The notes under the pieces: model-generated
Database searches by the model: none
What the model was told of the DNA's origin: nothing
Seen by the model: the letters and a program-made list of their open reading frames with translations, nothing else
In this document: positions 37,990 through 50,177 of the stretch, one piece after another
How the letters are laid out: each line of letters begins with the position of its first letter
How positions within the stretch are numbered: the first letter of the stretch is position 1
Position numbers and translations under genes: made by a program
Source: an uncultured Gemmatimonadaceae bacterium
Lineage (GTDB): Bacteria > Gemmatimonadota > Gemmatimonadetes > Gemmatimonadales > Gemmatimonadaceae
Assembly: GCA_963716745.1 (NCBI GenBank)
Contig: OY970320.1
Coordinates: forward strand, 3,200,001-3,264,000
DNA: 64,000 bases
Direction of reading: 5' to 3'

Positions 37990-38727
37990 ATGAGCCGGAA
38001 CCAGCAGGCTGCCCAGTTCCTCTTCGCGGTCGCGATGATCGGCCTCGGCTTGCTCGCGCTCGCGTACGGCATTCACGGTACGGCCTGGTACTCGGTGCCG
38101 GCCTGGGTGCCGTGGCGTGCGGTCGTCACCTACGCATCGGGCGTCATTCTGCTCGCCTCCGGCGCGGGACTGTTGTTCGCGCCCACGGCCACGATCTCAT
38201 CGCGCGTCCTGTTCGGCTATCTCGCCATCTGGCTGTGCATGCGAGTGCCCACGCTGATCGACGGCCCGCTCGTGCCGGTGAATTGGGAGAACGCCGCCGA
38301 GCTGGGCACACTCACGGCCGGCGCGTGGGTCATTCTCGCAAGGCTCGCCGGTGCGAGTGTGCCACTCGCGGCGCGGATCATGTTCGGGCTCTCGCTGGTG
38401 GCATTCGGCATCGCGCATTTCGCCTATGTGCCGCAGACGGCGGGGCTCATTCCGGCGATCTTCCCGTTCCACACCGGCCTCGTCTATTTCACCGGCGCCG
38501 CGCACTGCGCCGCCGGGCTCGGTGTGTTGTTCTCGGTGGTCCCGCGCCTGGCGGCGCGACTCGAAGCGGCGATGCTCGCGATCTTCACGCTCGCGGTGTG
38601 GGTCCCCACGCTCTTCGCTCCGCGGATCAGCCTCGGCACGTGGACGGAGTTCGTGGTCTCCTGTGCGGTGACCGCCGGCGCATGGGTCGTCGCCGAGAGC
38701 ATCCCGGCGAACCGCGCGGCGCTATGA
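37990..38727 (+). CDS. DoxX-like duplicated membrane protein
   Basis: About 7-8 TM segments; FGIAHF..., .P..FPF..., YFTGAA pattern. Confidence 0.65.
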   Translation: MSRNQQAAQFLFAVAMIGLGLLALAYGIHGTAWYSVPAWVPWRAVVTYASGVILLASGAGLLFAPTATISSRVLFGYLAIWLCMRVPTLIDGPLVPVNWENAAELGTLTAGAWVILARLAGASVPLAARIMFGLSLVAFGIAHFAYVPQTAGLIPAIFPFHTGLVYFTGAAHCAAGLGVLFSVVPRLAARLEAAMLAIFTLAVWVPTLFAPRISLGTWTEFVVSCAVTAGAWVVAESIPANRAAL

Positions 38728-39027
38728 CTTCACGGCGCTGACGCTCCGGGATCGCAATGCGTGCGATCGCAGGCGGATGCAATACAGTACGCTTGAGTGA
38801 AAGTTCCCTACACGAGGGCGCGCCATTTCCCCTAAGCACATCGGCACACTTGCGGTATTTTGCCCCCCCTCACTAACGTAGGCACTCGGACGCGCGCCTC
38901 CGCGCAGCGCCGTATGAAATGAGAATCGGGAGCCTCGTGGCGCTGTGACATTCGTGCGCCGCTGCAGTGCTAAGTAGCAATCGCAGTCCGCTGGCAATGT
39001 GCGCTTTCCCCTCGCGGAGGTCGACAT

Positions 39028-40404
39028 ATGTCCCGCAGCCTCACGCCCGGCATTCCCAGGCGCATCCGGTCATACAGTGCGCTCGGCGCCCTCGTGGTGC
39101 TGGCTTCAACTCTCGGTGCGCAGGCCGCCGCCGCGCCGGACACCACGACGGCGCGATCAACCGGCCTCCCGAAGGCGATCGAGTGGACCTTCAACTTCGA
39201 TGCCGGCGCCGGATACTTCGGCTTCGGGAATTCCCTCTACACGAACGTGCGCCCCGATCCCTCGGGCAATCTGAGCGAGAATTGGATCGAGGCCTACGCG
39301 AAGCCCGCACTCACCGGCGTGTGGCACACGGGAAAGAGCGAGTGGGTCGGTAAGCTGAGCGTCGTGGGCGAGGGCACGTACTCCGCGCCGCCGCCGATCG
39401 TCGGCGGCGAGGCGCAGTCGTTCGGCCTCGAGGACGCGTACATCAAGTGGAACTCCGGCACGTCGCTCGGCATCGGCGAGAACGCGCTCTCGTTCACCGC
39501 CGGCCGCGCGTCGTACACGATCGGTCACGGCATGCTCATCTGGGATGGCGCGGCGGAAGGCGGCAGTTACGGCGGATTCTGGAGCAACGCGCGCAAAGCG
39601 TGGGCCTTCGCTGGACTCGCGACGTTCGCGCCCGCGCACAACAATCTCACGGGGTTCTACCTCGATCGCGCCGAGCTGCCCGAGGCGAAGACCGACACGC
39701 GTCTGTACGGCTTGAACTATGAATGGTCTCCCACCGAGGTCACGACGCTCGGCGCGACGTATGCGCATATCATGGCCAACCCCGACGTGAAGCCCGACCG
39801 CGACGGCGAGAACCTATACGACCTGCGCGCGTTCACGGCGCCGTTCAAGAGCCTGCCCGATTTGTCGTTCGAGCTCGAGTGGGCGAAAGAGCAGAACGGG
39901 AGCCTGCTCAGTTCCACGGCGTGGAACGCGCAGGCCTCGTACGCCCTGAGCAAGGTGACGTGGAAGCCTACGATCTCGTACCGCTACGCCATCTTCCAAG
40001 GCGACAACCCGAACACCACCACGAACGAGAATTTCGATCCGCTGCTGCCCGGGTTCTATGACTGGGGCACGTGGTGGCAGGGCGAGATCGCGGGCGAGTA
40101 CTTCCTCGCGAACTCGAACCTCATCTCCTCGCGCGTGCGTATTCACGTCACGCCCAGCGCGTCGGTGTCGGGCGGGCTCATGGGATACGTCTTCAGCCTG
40201 GACAACAAGGCGAGCTTCTCGCCGCTCGCGACGTCGAGCGCTCTCGTGAACGAGCTCGATGCCTACACCGACTGGAAGGCGGACAAGAACTTCACCTTCA
40301 GCTTCGTCCTGTCGATCGCGCACCCACAGAAGGCGATCCAGGAGGTCTACGACCGGACGGCGAACTTCACCTACGGAATGATCTATGTCGCGTACACGTA
40401 CTGA
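39028..40404 (+). CDS. Outer-membrane beta-barrel, alginate export (AlgE-like) family
   Basis: Signal peptide, alternating aromatic strands, C-terminal VAYTY, GD.P.T..NENFDPL. Confidence 0.75.
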   Translation: MSRSLTPGIPRRIRSYSALGALVVLASTLGAQAAAAPDTTTARSTGLPKAIEWTFNFDAGAGYFGFGNSLYTNVRPDPSGNLSENWIEAYAKPALTGVWHTGKSEWVGKLSVVGEGTYSAPPPIVGGEAQSFGLEDAYIKWNSGTSLGIGENALSFTAGRASYTIGHGMLIWDGAAEGGSYGGFWSNARKAWAFAGLATFAPAHNNLTGFYLDRAELPEAKTDTRLYGLNYEWSPTEVTTLGATYAHIMANPDVKPDRDGENLYDLRAFTAPFKSLPDLSFELEWAKEQNGSLLSSTAWNAQASYALSKVTWKPTISYRYAIFQGDNPNTTTNENFDPLLPGFYDWGTWWQGEIAGEYFLANSNLISSRVRIHVTPSASVSGGLMGYVFSLDNKASFSPLATSSALVNELDAYTDWKADKNFTFSFVLSIAHPQKAIQEVYDRTANFTYGMIYVAYTY

Positions 40405-40428
40405 CCGGACCGCCGGCGGAGCCGCGCG

Positions 40429-42736
40429 GTGATATCGCAGGGCGGGCGGCCGAGGATGCGCCGCGTCCTCATGGTGGATGATGGGTTGACGGAATCCGGG
40501 ACCGCGGCGGGCCGCGCGGTGCGCGCGCTCGCGGAGGAGATGCGCGGACGCGGCCTCGACGTGGTGGAGGCGATGTCGTACGAGGATGGTACGGCTACGA
40601 TCATCTCCGACGCGGCGATCCACGCCGTGTTCATCAACTGGTCGCTCGGCAGCGACGACAAGAAATCGCACAAGAAGGCGACCGACCTCCTGCGCACGGT
40701 GCGCAAGCGCAACGAGCGGGTGCCCGTCTTCCTCATGGCCGATCGCGCGCTCGCCGGTACGATCACGATCGAGGTCGCGCGCATCGCCGATGAGTTCGTC
40801 TGGATCCTCGAGGACACGGCCGCGTTCGTCGGCGGCCGCGCGGTGGCGGCGGTCGAGCGCTACATCGCGCAGCTGCTGCCGCCATTCGCCGCGGCGCTGG
40901 CGCGCTACGATCGCGACACGTGAGTACTCGTGGGCGGCGCCGGGCCACCAGGGCGGTGTGGCGTTCCTCAAGTCGACCGTCGGCCGCGCGTTCTACGATT
41001 TCTACGGCGAGAATCTCTTCCGCACCGACATGGGCATCGAGCGCGGTTCGCTCGGCTCCCTGCTCGGGCACACCGGACCCATTGGCGAGAGCGAGCGCTA
41101 CGCGGCGCGCGTGTTCGGCGCGCACCGTTCGTACTCCGTGCTCAACGGCACGTCGGGCTCGAATCGCTCGATCATGTCGGCCTGCGTGGGCGACCTGGAG
41201 ATCGCGCTCTGCGACCGCAACTGTCACAAGTCCATCGAGCAGGCGCTGGTGCTCACCGGCGGCATTCCCGTCTTCCTGAGCCCCACGCGGAATCGCTACG
41301 GCATCATCGGACCCATCAAGCCCGAGTCGCTCGAGCCGCCGGCGATCGCGAAGAGCATCAAGGCGAACCCGCTCGCGAAGAGCGCGGTGAGCGACAAGCC
41401 GGTGTACGCCGTGCTCACCAACTGCACGTACGATGGCATGTGCTACGACGCGTCGGATGCGCAGGACCGTCTGGCGAAGAGCACCGACCGCATCCACTTC
41501 GACGAAGCGTGGTACGGCTACGCGCGCTTCAATCCGATGTATCGCGAGCGGTACGCAATGCGGGGCGATCCGGCGAAGCATCCCAAGGATGGCCCGACGG
41601 TTTTCGCGACGCATTCCACGCACAAGCTGCTCGCCGCGCTCTCGCAGACGTCGTACATCCACATCCGCGACGGCAAGGGCGCGATCGACCACGGGCGATT
41701 CAACGAGGCGTACTGCTCGCAGGCGAGCACCTCGCCGCTCTATGCGCTCATCGCGAGCAACAATGTGGCCGCCGCGATGATGGACGGCCCCGCCGGCGAA
41801 GTACTCACGCAGGAAGTGATCGACGAAGCGGTGGCGTGCCGGCTCGCGGTTGCGCGCATCCAGCAGGAGTTCAAGGCGAAGAAGGAATGGTTCTTCGCGC
41901 CCTGGAACGCGGAGACGATCAGAGACAAGAAGACCGGCAAGCGCGTTCCCTTCCACCAGGTGCCGGCGCACCGCCTCGCGCACGATCCCGAGTGCTGGGT
42001 GCTGCATCCCGGCGAGGACTGGCACGGCTTCGACGGCATTCCCGACGGCTGGTGCATGCTCGATCCGATCAAATTCGGCATCGTGTGCCCCGGCATGAAG
42101 AAGAACGGCGAGCTCGATGCGAGCGGCATTCCCGCCGACGTCGTGAGCGCCTACCTCAGCCGGAGCGGCATCGTCCCCTCGCGCACCACCGATCACATGG
42201 TGCTCTTCCTCTTCTCCGTCGGCGTCACGAAGGGGAAGTGGGGCACGCTCATCAACGCGCTCCTCGATTTCAAAAAGGACTACGATCGCAACGCGCCGCT
42301 GGCCGAGGTGGTGCCGCACGTCGCGACGGCGGGCGGCGCGCGCTACGCGGGCATGGGGCTCAGAGATCTCGCCAACGAGATGTGGGGCCACATGCGAAAG
42401 AGCAAACAGGGTGAGTGGCAGGCGAAAGCGTACGCGCAGCTGCCCACGCCCATGATGACGCCGCGCCGCGCCTTCCAGCGGCTCATGGCCGGCAAGGCGG
42501 AGAAGGTGCCGCTCTCGAAGATGGCGGGGCGCACGGTGGCGGTGGGCGTGATCCCGTATCCGCCCGGCATTCCCATCGTGATGCCCGGCGAGAGTGCCGG
42601 CGCCAACGATGGACCGTGGCTCACCTATTTGCGCGCCTGTCAGGAATTCGGTGAGCACTTCCCCGGATTCGCGAAGGAAGTGGAGGGGACGGAGGAAGTG
42701 AAGGGCGAATACCACATTTACTGCCTCACGAAGTAG
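40429..42736 (+). CDS. Orn/Lys/Arg decarboxylase 1 (wing-domain, AAT-fold) (indel near 40920)
   Basis: Receiver-like wing domain, PGHQGG, NGTS, DRNCHKS, HFDEAW, THSTHKLL (PLP Lys), PYPPGIP. Confidence 0.93.
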
Positions 42737-42783
42737 GGATCGCGTTCCCGATCCGGCGGACGGCACCTAAAGAGGGGGAGACC

Positions 42784-44125
42784 GTGGAAGAATCCAAGAA
42801 AAAGATGTCCGTGGTGCAGCTCACGTTCATCGTCGCGGTGAACATGATGGGCTCCGGCATCATCATGCTCCCCGCGAACATGGCGCAGGTGGGCGCGATC
42901 TCGCTGCTGTCGTGGATCGTGACGGCGGTGGGATCGATGGCCATCGCCTACGGCTTCGCGCAGGCGGGCATCTTCAACCAGCGTGCCGGCGGTATGGCCG
43001 CGTACGCCGAGGATGCATACGGGAAGGACGGATACTTCCAGGTGTTCTTCCTGTACTTCCTCTCGCTCGCGATCGGCAACGTCGCGATCGGGATCTCGGC
43101 GGTCGGCTATCTCTCGACGTTCTTCCCCTTCATGTCGAGTACGCCGATCTTCACCTGCATCAGCGTGATCGGGCTGCTCTGGCTCACCACCGTCGCGAAC
43201 TTCGGCGGCCCGTCGGTGACGGGCAAGATCGGGTCCGTCACCGTGTGGGGCGTGCTCCTGCCCGTCGGATTCCTCTCGTTCGCGGGCTGGTTCTGGTTCA
43301 GCGGGGCGACGTTCAGGGAAGCGTGGAACCCGCAGGGACTCAGCATCGGCGCGGGCATGAGCTCCAGCATCTCGCTCACGCTCTGGGCCTTCCTCGGGAT
43401 GGAATCGGCGGCGCAGAACTCGTCCGCCGTCGAGAATCCCAAGCGCGATGTGCCGCTCGCCTGTCTCTTCGGCACGCTCGGCGCGGCGGTGATCTACATC
43501 CTGTCCACCGCGGTGATCCAGGGGATCGTGCCCAACGCGGAGCTCGCGAAGTCCACCGGGCCCTTCGGGCTCGCCTTCGCGCACATGTTCAATCCGGTCG
43601 TCGGCCAGATCGTGATGGGGCTGTCGGTGATGGCCTGCGTCGGCTCGCTGCTCGGCTGGCAGTTCACGATCGCGCAGACGGGGAAGGACGCGGCGGAGAT
43701 GAAGATGTTCCCGCAGTTCTTCACGAAGATCAACAAGCTGGGCGCCCCGATCACCGGCATGATCGTGCTCGGGGTGGTGCAGTCGCTGCTCGCACTCTCC
43801 ACGATCTCGCCGAGCCTGAGCGAGCAGTTCGGCGTGCTGGTGAACTTGGCGGTGGTCACGAACGTGATCCCGTACGTCGTGTCGCTCTCCGCGATCGTCG
43901 TGATGATGAAGAGCGCCGGCGTGGACAAGAGCACGTACAATCGCAACGTGGCGATCACATTGATCGCGATGCTGTACAGCGTGTTCGCGCTCTACGCGTC
44001 GGGCAAGGACGCGGTCATGGGCGGCATGCTGGTCATGGGGATCGCGCTACATCATCTGGGGCTTCATCGCGCCCCGCTTCGTCTCGAAGACTCCGGCTGC
44101 GGGCGCTGCGTCCGCGAAGGCATGA
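42784..44125 (+). CDS. potE: Putrescine:ornithine antiporter-like APC transporter (indel near 44045)
   Basis: KKMSVVQLT..VNMMGSGIIMLP, WAFLGMESA, VENPKRDVP. Confidence 0.85.
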
Positions 44126-44160
44126 CCATGCGCACCGCAACCGTCGAAAGGAGAGGTTCC

Positions 44161-45110
44161 ATGTCACGCATCGAACGCCTTGCACGCCACACTGCCTGCG
44201 CGATCATGTCGCTCACCGTCGCCGTCGCGCTGGCGGCGCAGGCGGCGAAGCCCGCGGTGAAGGTCACGACGTCGAACCCGGTCTCCGACCGGATCAAGTC
44301 CACCGGCACCGTGCGCTTCGGCTACCGCAATGACGCGAGCCCGTTCTCGTTCAAGGATCCGTCGGGGAACCCGGCCGGATTCTCGGTGGAGCTCTGTCAG
44401 AAGATCGCCGAGGGGCTCAAGACCGAACTGAACCTCACGAATCTGAAGATCGAGTGGGTGCCGCTCACGCTCGACGAGCGGCTCGTCGGCGGTGGAGACC
44501 GACAAGGTGGATCTCCTCTGCGGGGCGGAGACGATCTCGCTCACCAAGCGCGAGACGATGACCTTCTCGATCCCGATCTTCCCGAGCGGCGTCGGCGCGC
44601 TGCTGCGCGTCGACGCCGCGCCGCGGCTCGTCGAGGTCCTGAGCGGCACGCCGCAGACGAGTCCGGTGTGGCGCGCGCAGGCCGGCCAGCTGATCAACGT
44701 GCAGAAGTTCGCCGTCGTGAACGGCACCACGGCGGAGACCGTGGATCGCCTCGAAGCTCAAGACGCTGAACCTCACGGCGAAGGTGGCCACGGTGAGCAC
44801 GTACGCGGAAGGCGTGCAGCAGGTGCTCGACGGCACGACCAACGTCTTCTTCGGCGACCGCGCCATCCTGCTGGATGCCAAGATCCACAATGACAAGGGG
44901 AAGAACCTCCAGGTGCTCGTCACGGTTCTTCACGTACGAGTCGCTCGCGCTGCCATGGCTCGCGGCGACCGCGAGCTCCTGCTGGCCGTGGACCGTTCGC
45001 TGAGCCGGCTCTACTGGACGCAGGATTTCCGCGCCATGTACGTGAAGTGGTTCGGGAACCCGAACATGAACGTCATGAACTTCTACCGGTGGAATGCCCT
45101 GCCGGAATGA
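44161..45110 (+). CDS. Polar amino-acid substrate-binding protein (GltI-like), several indels
   Basis: Signal peptide, GYRNDASPFSF, GFSVELC, KVDLLCG, FSIPIF, GTT, FFGDRAIL. Confidence 0.8.
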
Positions 45111-45135
45111 TCGAAGATCACGGGGAGACTGTGAA

Positions 45136-47456
45136 ATGCTGACAGGCGGAAGCAAGCGGGTGAGCCTGCGGGCGCTCGTCGTGGATGACGAGCTGCCCGC
45201 CGCCACCGCCGATGGCCGGGCCGCGCGCGCCCTCGTGCAGGAACTGCAAGTCGCGGGGCATCGACGTGGTGGAGGCCGTCTCCGCCGACGATGGGATGTC
45301 CGTCGTGATCTCCGACTCCGCGCTCCACGCGATCCTGGTGGACTGGACGCTGGACGACGACAAGAAGCACGCGAAGGCGGCGAAGCTGATCAAGTTCGTG
45401 CGCTCGCGCAACGACAAGATCCCGATCTTCCTGATGGCGGAGCGCGGAGAGGCCTCGTCCATCCCCACCGACGTGATGGAGGCGGTGGACGAGTTCATCT
45501 GGACGCTCGAGGACACCGCGGCGTTCATCGGCGGGCGGGTGATGGCGGCGATCCGCCGCTACATCGAGGTGATGCTCCCGCCGCTCGCGGGCGCGCTCAT
45601 GAAGTTCACGCCAGGAGTACGAATACTCCTGGCACACGCCGGGACACACCGGGGGCACCGCGTTCCTCAAGTCTCCGGTGGGCCGCGTCTTCTTCGACTA
45701 CTTCGGCGAGAACCTGCTGCGGTCGGACCTCTCGATCAGCGTGGGCGCGCTGGGCTCGCTGCTCGACCACAGCGGCCCGATCGGCGAGCACGAGCGGTAC
45801 GCGGCGCGCGTGTTCGGCGCGCACCGCACCTACAGCGTCACGAACGGCACGTCCACGTCGAACCGGGTGATCTGGGCCGCGGCCGTCGGCGCGGGACAGA
45901 TCGCGCTCTGCGACCGCAACTGTCACAAGTCGATCGAGCACAGCCTCGTGATGGGCGGCGGCATCCCGCAGTACCTCGTGCCGCTGCGCAATCGCTACGG
46001 CATCATCGGGCCCATTCCGCCCGAGCGCATCAACAAGCAGGCGATCGCCGCCGGGATCAAGGCGAACACGCTCGTGCCCGCGGGCGCGGACACCAAGCCC
46101 GTGTACGCCGTGATCACGAACTCCACGTACGACGGCCTCTGCTACAACGCGAAGCGCGTGCAGGAGCTGTTCGAGCCGAGCGTGGACCGCATCCATTTCG
46201 ACGAGGCGTGGTACGCCTACGCGCGCTTCAACCCGATCTACCGCGACCGCCACGCGATGCACGGCGACCCGAAGGACCACAAGGGCCCCACGATCTTCGC
46301 CACCCACTCCACGCACAAGCTGCTCGCGGCGCTCTCGCAGGCGTCGTTCCTGCACATTCGCGACGGACGCGGCGCGATCCCGCACGCGCGATTCAACGAA
46401 GCGTTCATGATGCACGCCTCCACGTCGCCGTTCTATCCGATCATCGTCTCGAACGATGTGACGGCGGCGATGATGGACGGTCCCGGCGGCCTCGCGCTCA
46501 CGAGCGAGTCCATCGAGGAAGCGGTGGCCTTCCGGCAGGCGATGGGCCGCGTGCACCGCGAGTTCGCGAAGAAGAAGGAGTGGTTCTTCAACACCTGGAA
46601 CGCCGACAGAGTCAGCGTGGGGAAGGGGAAACGGCGAAGAAGGTCGCGTTCGCCGACGCGCCGCCCGAATTCCTCGCCACCGATCCCGAGGCGTGGGTGC
46701 TGCACCCGGGCGACAAGTGGCACGGCTTCGGGGACCTCGAAGACGGCTACTGCATGCTCGACCCGATCAAGGTGTCGATCATCACGCCGGGCGTGAGCGA
46801 TTCGGGCGGCCTCGACAAGTGGGGCATCCCGGCGACGCTGGTCACGGCCTATCTGCACAACCGCGGCGTGGAAGTGGAGAAGACCACGGACTTCACCATC
46901 CTCTTCCTCTTCTCGATCGGCATCACCAAGGGCAAGTGGGGCACGCTGCTCAACGCGCTGCTCGATTTCAAGCGCGACTACGACGAGAACGCCCCGCTGG
47001 CCGACGTGCTGCCCGAGGTGCTCGCCGGCCGTCACGAGCGCTACGGCACGATGGGGCTGCGCGATCTGGGCCAGACCAGATGTTCGCGATGCTCAAGAAG
47101 ACGCAGCAGACGCACTGGCTCGCGCGAGGCGTTCTCGACGCTGCCGATGGCCGCGATGACCCCGCAGGCGGCCTACCAGCAGCTGGTGCGCGGACCAGAT
47201 CGAGCACGTGCCGCTCGACAAGCTCGCCGATCGCGTGCTCGCGACGAGCGTCGTGCCGTATCCGCCGGGGATCCCGATGCTCATGCCCGGCGAGTACACC
47301 GGCGCGGCCGACGGACCGTACCTCGGCTACCTCAGGGCGCTCGCGGAGTGGGATGCGGCGTTCCCCGGCTTCGGGCACGACACGCACGGCGTCGAGAACC
47401 GCGACGGCGTGTACTACGTCCAGTGCCTGAAGAAGGGCGCCACGGCGAAGGGCTGA
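45136..47456 (+). CDS. Orn/Lys/Arg decarboxylase 2 (AdiA-like), multiple indels
   Basis: EYSWHTPGH.GG.AF.KSP.G, DRNCHKS, HFDEAW, THSTHKLL, DPIKV, PYPPGIP, FPGF.H.THG. Confidence 0.9.
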
Positions 47457-47463
47457 TCGCGAC

Positions 47464-48811
47464 GTGAGCGAACCCGGGCAGAAGATGTCGCTGGTGCAGG
47501 CCACGATGCTCGTGGCCGGCAACATGATCGGCACCGGGCATCTTCCTCCTGCCGAGTCGACCTGGCATCGGTGGGCGGCATCGCGGTCTTCGGCTGGATC
47601 GTCGCCACCGTCGGCGCCGCGCGCGCTCGGCCTCGTGCTTCGCCAAGCTGGGAGAGCTGGATCCGCAGGAAGGCGGACCCTACGCCTACGCGCGCGATTT
47701 CCTCGGTCCGTACGTCGGCTTCCAGACCAACTACGTCTACTGGTTCGGCAACTGGATCGGCAACATCGCGATCGCGGTGGCCGCGGTGGGCTACCTCGCG
47801 GAATTCATTCCCGGCGATCAGCACGCCCGCCGGCGAGCGTCTTCGCCACCGCGGGGGTGATCTGGCTGCTCACGTTCGCCAACATCCGGGGCCCGCGGGT
47901 GGTCGGGGCGCTCGAGACCTGGACCATGCGCTCGCGCTGATCCCGATCCTCGGGATCGCGTTCCTCGGCTGGTTCTGGTTCGACCCCGCGATCTTCCACG
48001 CCGAGCTGGAACGTGAGCGGCGGATCGAACGCGCACGCCGATCTCGCGCGCCGCGTCGATCGCGCTCTGGGCGTACATGGGCGTCGAGAGCGCGGCCGTG
48101 TCGGCCGGCGTGATCGAGAACCCGAAGCGCAACATTCCCCTCGCCACGCTCATCGGCCTCGGCGATCGCGGCGGTCGTCTACATGCTGAGCTCGACCGTG
48201 ATCATGGGGATCATTCCCGAACGCGGAGCTGCAGACGTCGCACGCGCCGTTCGCCGAGGCGGCGCGCATCGCGCTCGGCACGCCGGCGGTGGTGATCATC
48301 GCGATCTGCGCGATTCTCAAGTCGGTCGGGTCGCTCGGCGGATGGATGCTGCTCGTGGGCCAGAGCGCCAAGGCGGCGGCGGACGACGGCATGTTCCCGG
48401 CCGTCTTCGGCAAAGTCAACAAGCACGGCGTGCCCGGGCGCGGGCCTCGTGATCGTGGGCGTGCTGATGACGATCGTGCTGTTCGCGACCATGTCGCCCA
48501 CCATCGCCGGCCAGTTCAACCGGATCATCGATCTCGCGGTGATCCTCGATCGTGATCCCGTACATCTACTCCGTCGGTCGCGGTGGTGAAGGTCGTGCAC
48601 GACCACAAGCTGCTCGAACCGCACCTTCCAGACGTTCAAGGGCATCGCGATCGTCGCCGTGGTGTACTGCCTGTGGACGATCATGGGCGGCGATCCGGGC
48701 ACGGTGGTGAACGCGATGGTGGCGCTGCTCATCAGCGTGCCGCTCTACCCGTTCTTCATCGCGAGCATGGAAAAGGCGGCGAAGGAGAAGAAGAACGCGC
48801 GCACAGCGTAG
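47464..48811 (+). CDS. APC amino-acid antiporter (AdiC/CadB-like), many indels
   Basis: KMSLVQAT..VAGNMIG.GIFLLP, GGPYAYAR, WAYMGVESA, NPKRNIP, AADDGMFP. Confidence 0.82.
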
Positions 48812-48818
48812 CGCGGCG

Positions 48819-49606
48819 CTACGGCATCGCGCCGGTCGAGTCCTCGCGCTGGAGCAGCGTCACGAACGCGCGCAGTTCGGGGACAGCGAGGTCCGAGACC
48901 GCCCACCAGCTGTATTGCGGCGTCGTCCAGTGGACGAGATTGTAGCCGCGCGAGGTGGACTCCATCGCGCCCACATCAGATCCCCCGGCGGGCCACACGA
49001 AGACGTTGATCACGTGCTGCCGCCGCCCGTACACTAGTGCAGCCGCAGGGCGCCCGTCGACATAGTCGAGCCTTCCACCAAGCAGCGGATAGCCTTCGCC
49101 GGCGAAATCCTGCACCGGCGGCGAGAAATCGAGCTTCCCATTGAACCACGGCTTCACCGTGTGCTGATCGGTCGACAGCACGTCGGTGAGGTGGCCGGGC
49201 ATGAGCGAACGGATATGACTGGTGAGCACCTGATCGGCGAGCGCCCTCGTGGCCGCGCGGTCCGCGCCGAGGCGCCAACTTCCGGCCGCCACGATCATGA
49301 GCGAAGCGGCGAGTGCGAGCGGCCGCCAGAAGGCGGGCATCGCGGCGGCGGGCGCGCGCCGCGGCTCCGATTCATTCCCGAGCGCATCGCGAATGCGACG
49401 CTCCAGCGACTCCGGCGCCGTGAAGTTGGGGATCTCGGCGACGATCGCGCTTCGCAGGGCCGCGCTCTCGGCGCTCACGCGCCGGCAGTCCGCACACCCG
49501 GCCAGATGTGCTTGCGAGCACCGCCGCCTGCGCGGGCGCCAGTTCGCCGTGGAGCTGCGCGTCGATCATCGCTTCGATGCTCGGGATGGCTCATCTCATC
49601 GCTCAC
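48819..49606 (-). CDS. Zinc-finger (HxxxCxxC) transmembrane anti-sigma factor, indels near the N-terminus
   Basis: HLAGCADC (frame-corrected), TM helix, DQHTVKPWFNGKLDFSPPV, GYPLLGGRLDY. Confidence 0.88.
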
Positions 49607-50129
49607 GGTTGGAGGCGGAGAGCGCTGCTTGCAGGCGCTTCCGCGCGCGGGACAGCCGGGACATCACCGTGCCCACGGGCACGCCCGTCACTTCGCTGAT
49701 CTCGTCGTAGGACAGATCCTGCAATTCACGCAAGACGATCACCTCACGGAATTGCGGCGGCAAGAGCGCGAGCGCATCCGCGAGCGTCGCCTTCGCATCA
49801 CTCCGCAGCAGCGACGCCTCCGGATGCTCGCCGGCGATCGCGTCACTGTGCTGCTCCTCGTCGAATTCCGTCGTGAGCGCATCCGGCTTATGCCGCTGGC
49901 GCCACGTGTATGCCGTATGACGCACGATCGTGAGCAGCCAAGCTCGGGCATCGCGGTCCCCCGTGCCGCGAAAGCCTCCGAAATGCTTGAGCGCGCGCAG
50001 GAATGTCTGCTGCACGACATCCTCGGCGTCGTGCGGGTCGCGCGTCAAGTAACGCGCCAGCGTGTACGCGGCGCTCAGCTGTGGCAGCATCAAGGCATCG
50101 AATCGCTCCCGTTCACTCGTGTTCAGCAC
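49596..50129 (-). CDS. ECF sigma-70 factor
   Basis: AEDVVQQTFLRA, AWLLTIVR, LSYDEI...VPVGTVMSRLSRAR. Confidence 0.95.
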   Translation of the reverse strand: MLNTSERERFDALMLPQLSAAYTLARYLTRDPHDAEDVVQQTFLRALKHFGGFRGTGDRDARAWLLTIVRHTAYTWRQRHKPDALTTEFDEEQHSDAIAGEHPEASLLRSDAKATLADALALLPPQFREVIVLRELQDLSYDEISEVTGVPVGTVMSRLSRARKRLQAALSASNRER

Positions 50130-50177
50130 CGACTCTCGCAGGTGATGGTGGCGGCGGGGCGAGTCCTCCGATCAGTC

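Noticed and set aside
38730..39027. Riboswitch or ncRNA in the 300-bp leader of the porin/decarboxylase operon
   Set aside because: No recognisable aptamer consensus or terminator by eye; probably promoter DNA, though an Rfam scan would be needed to exclude it
40915..40930. TGA at 40921 as stop-codon readthrough or selenocysteine
   Set aside because: The downstream protein (EYSWAAPGHQGG) is in another frame, so this is an indel, not recoding
42784..44769. PotE-binding protein fusion suggested by the 661-aa ORF
   Set aside because: Correcting one indel near 44045 ends PotE at TGA 44125; the binding protein has its own RBS and signal peptide
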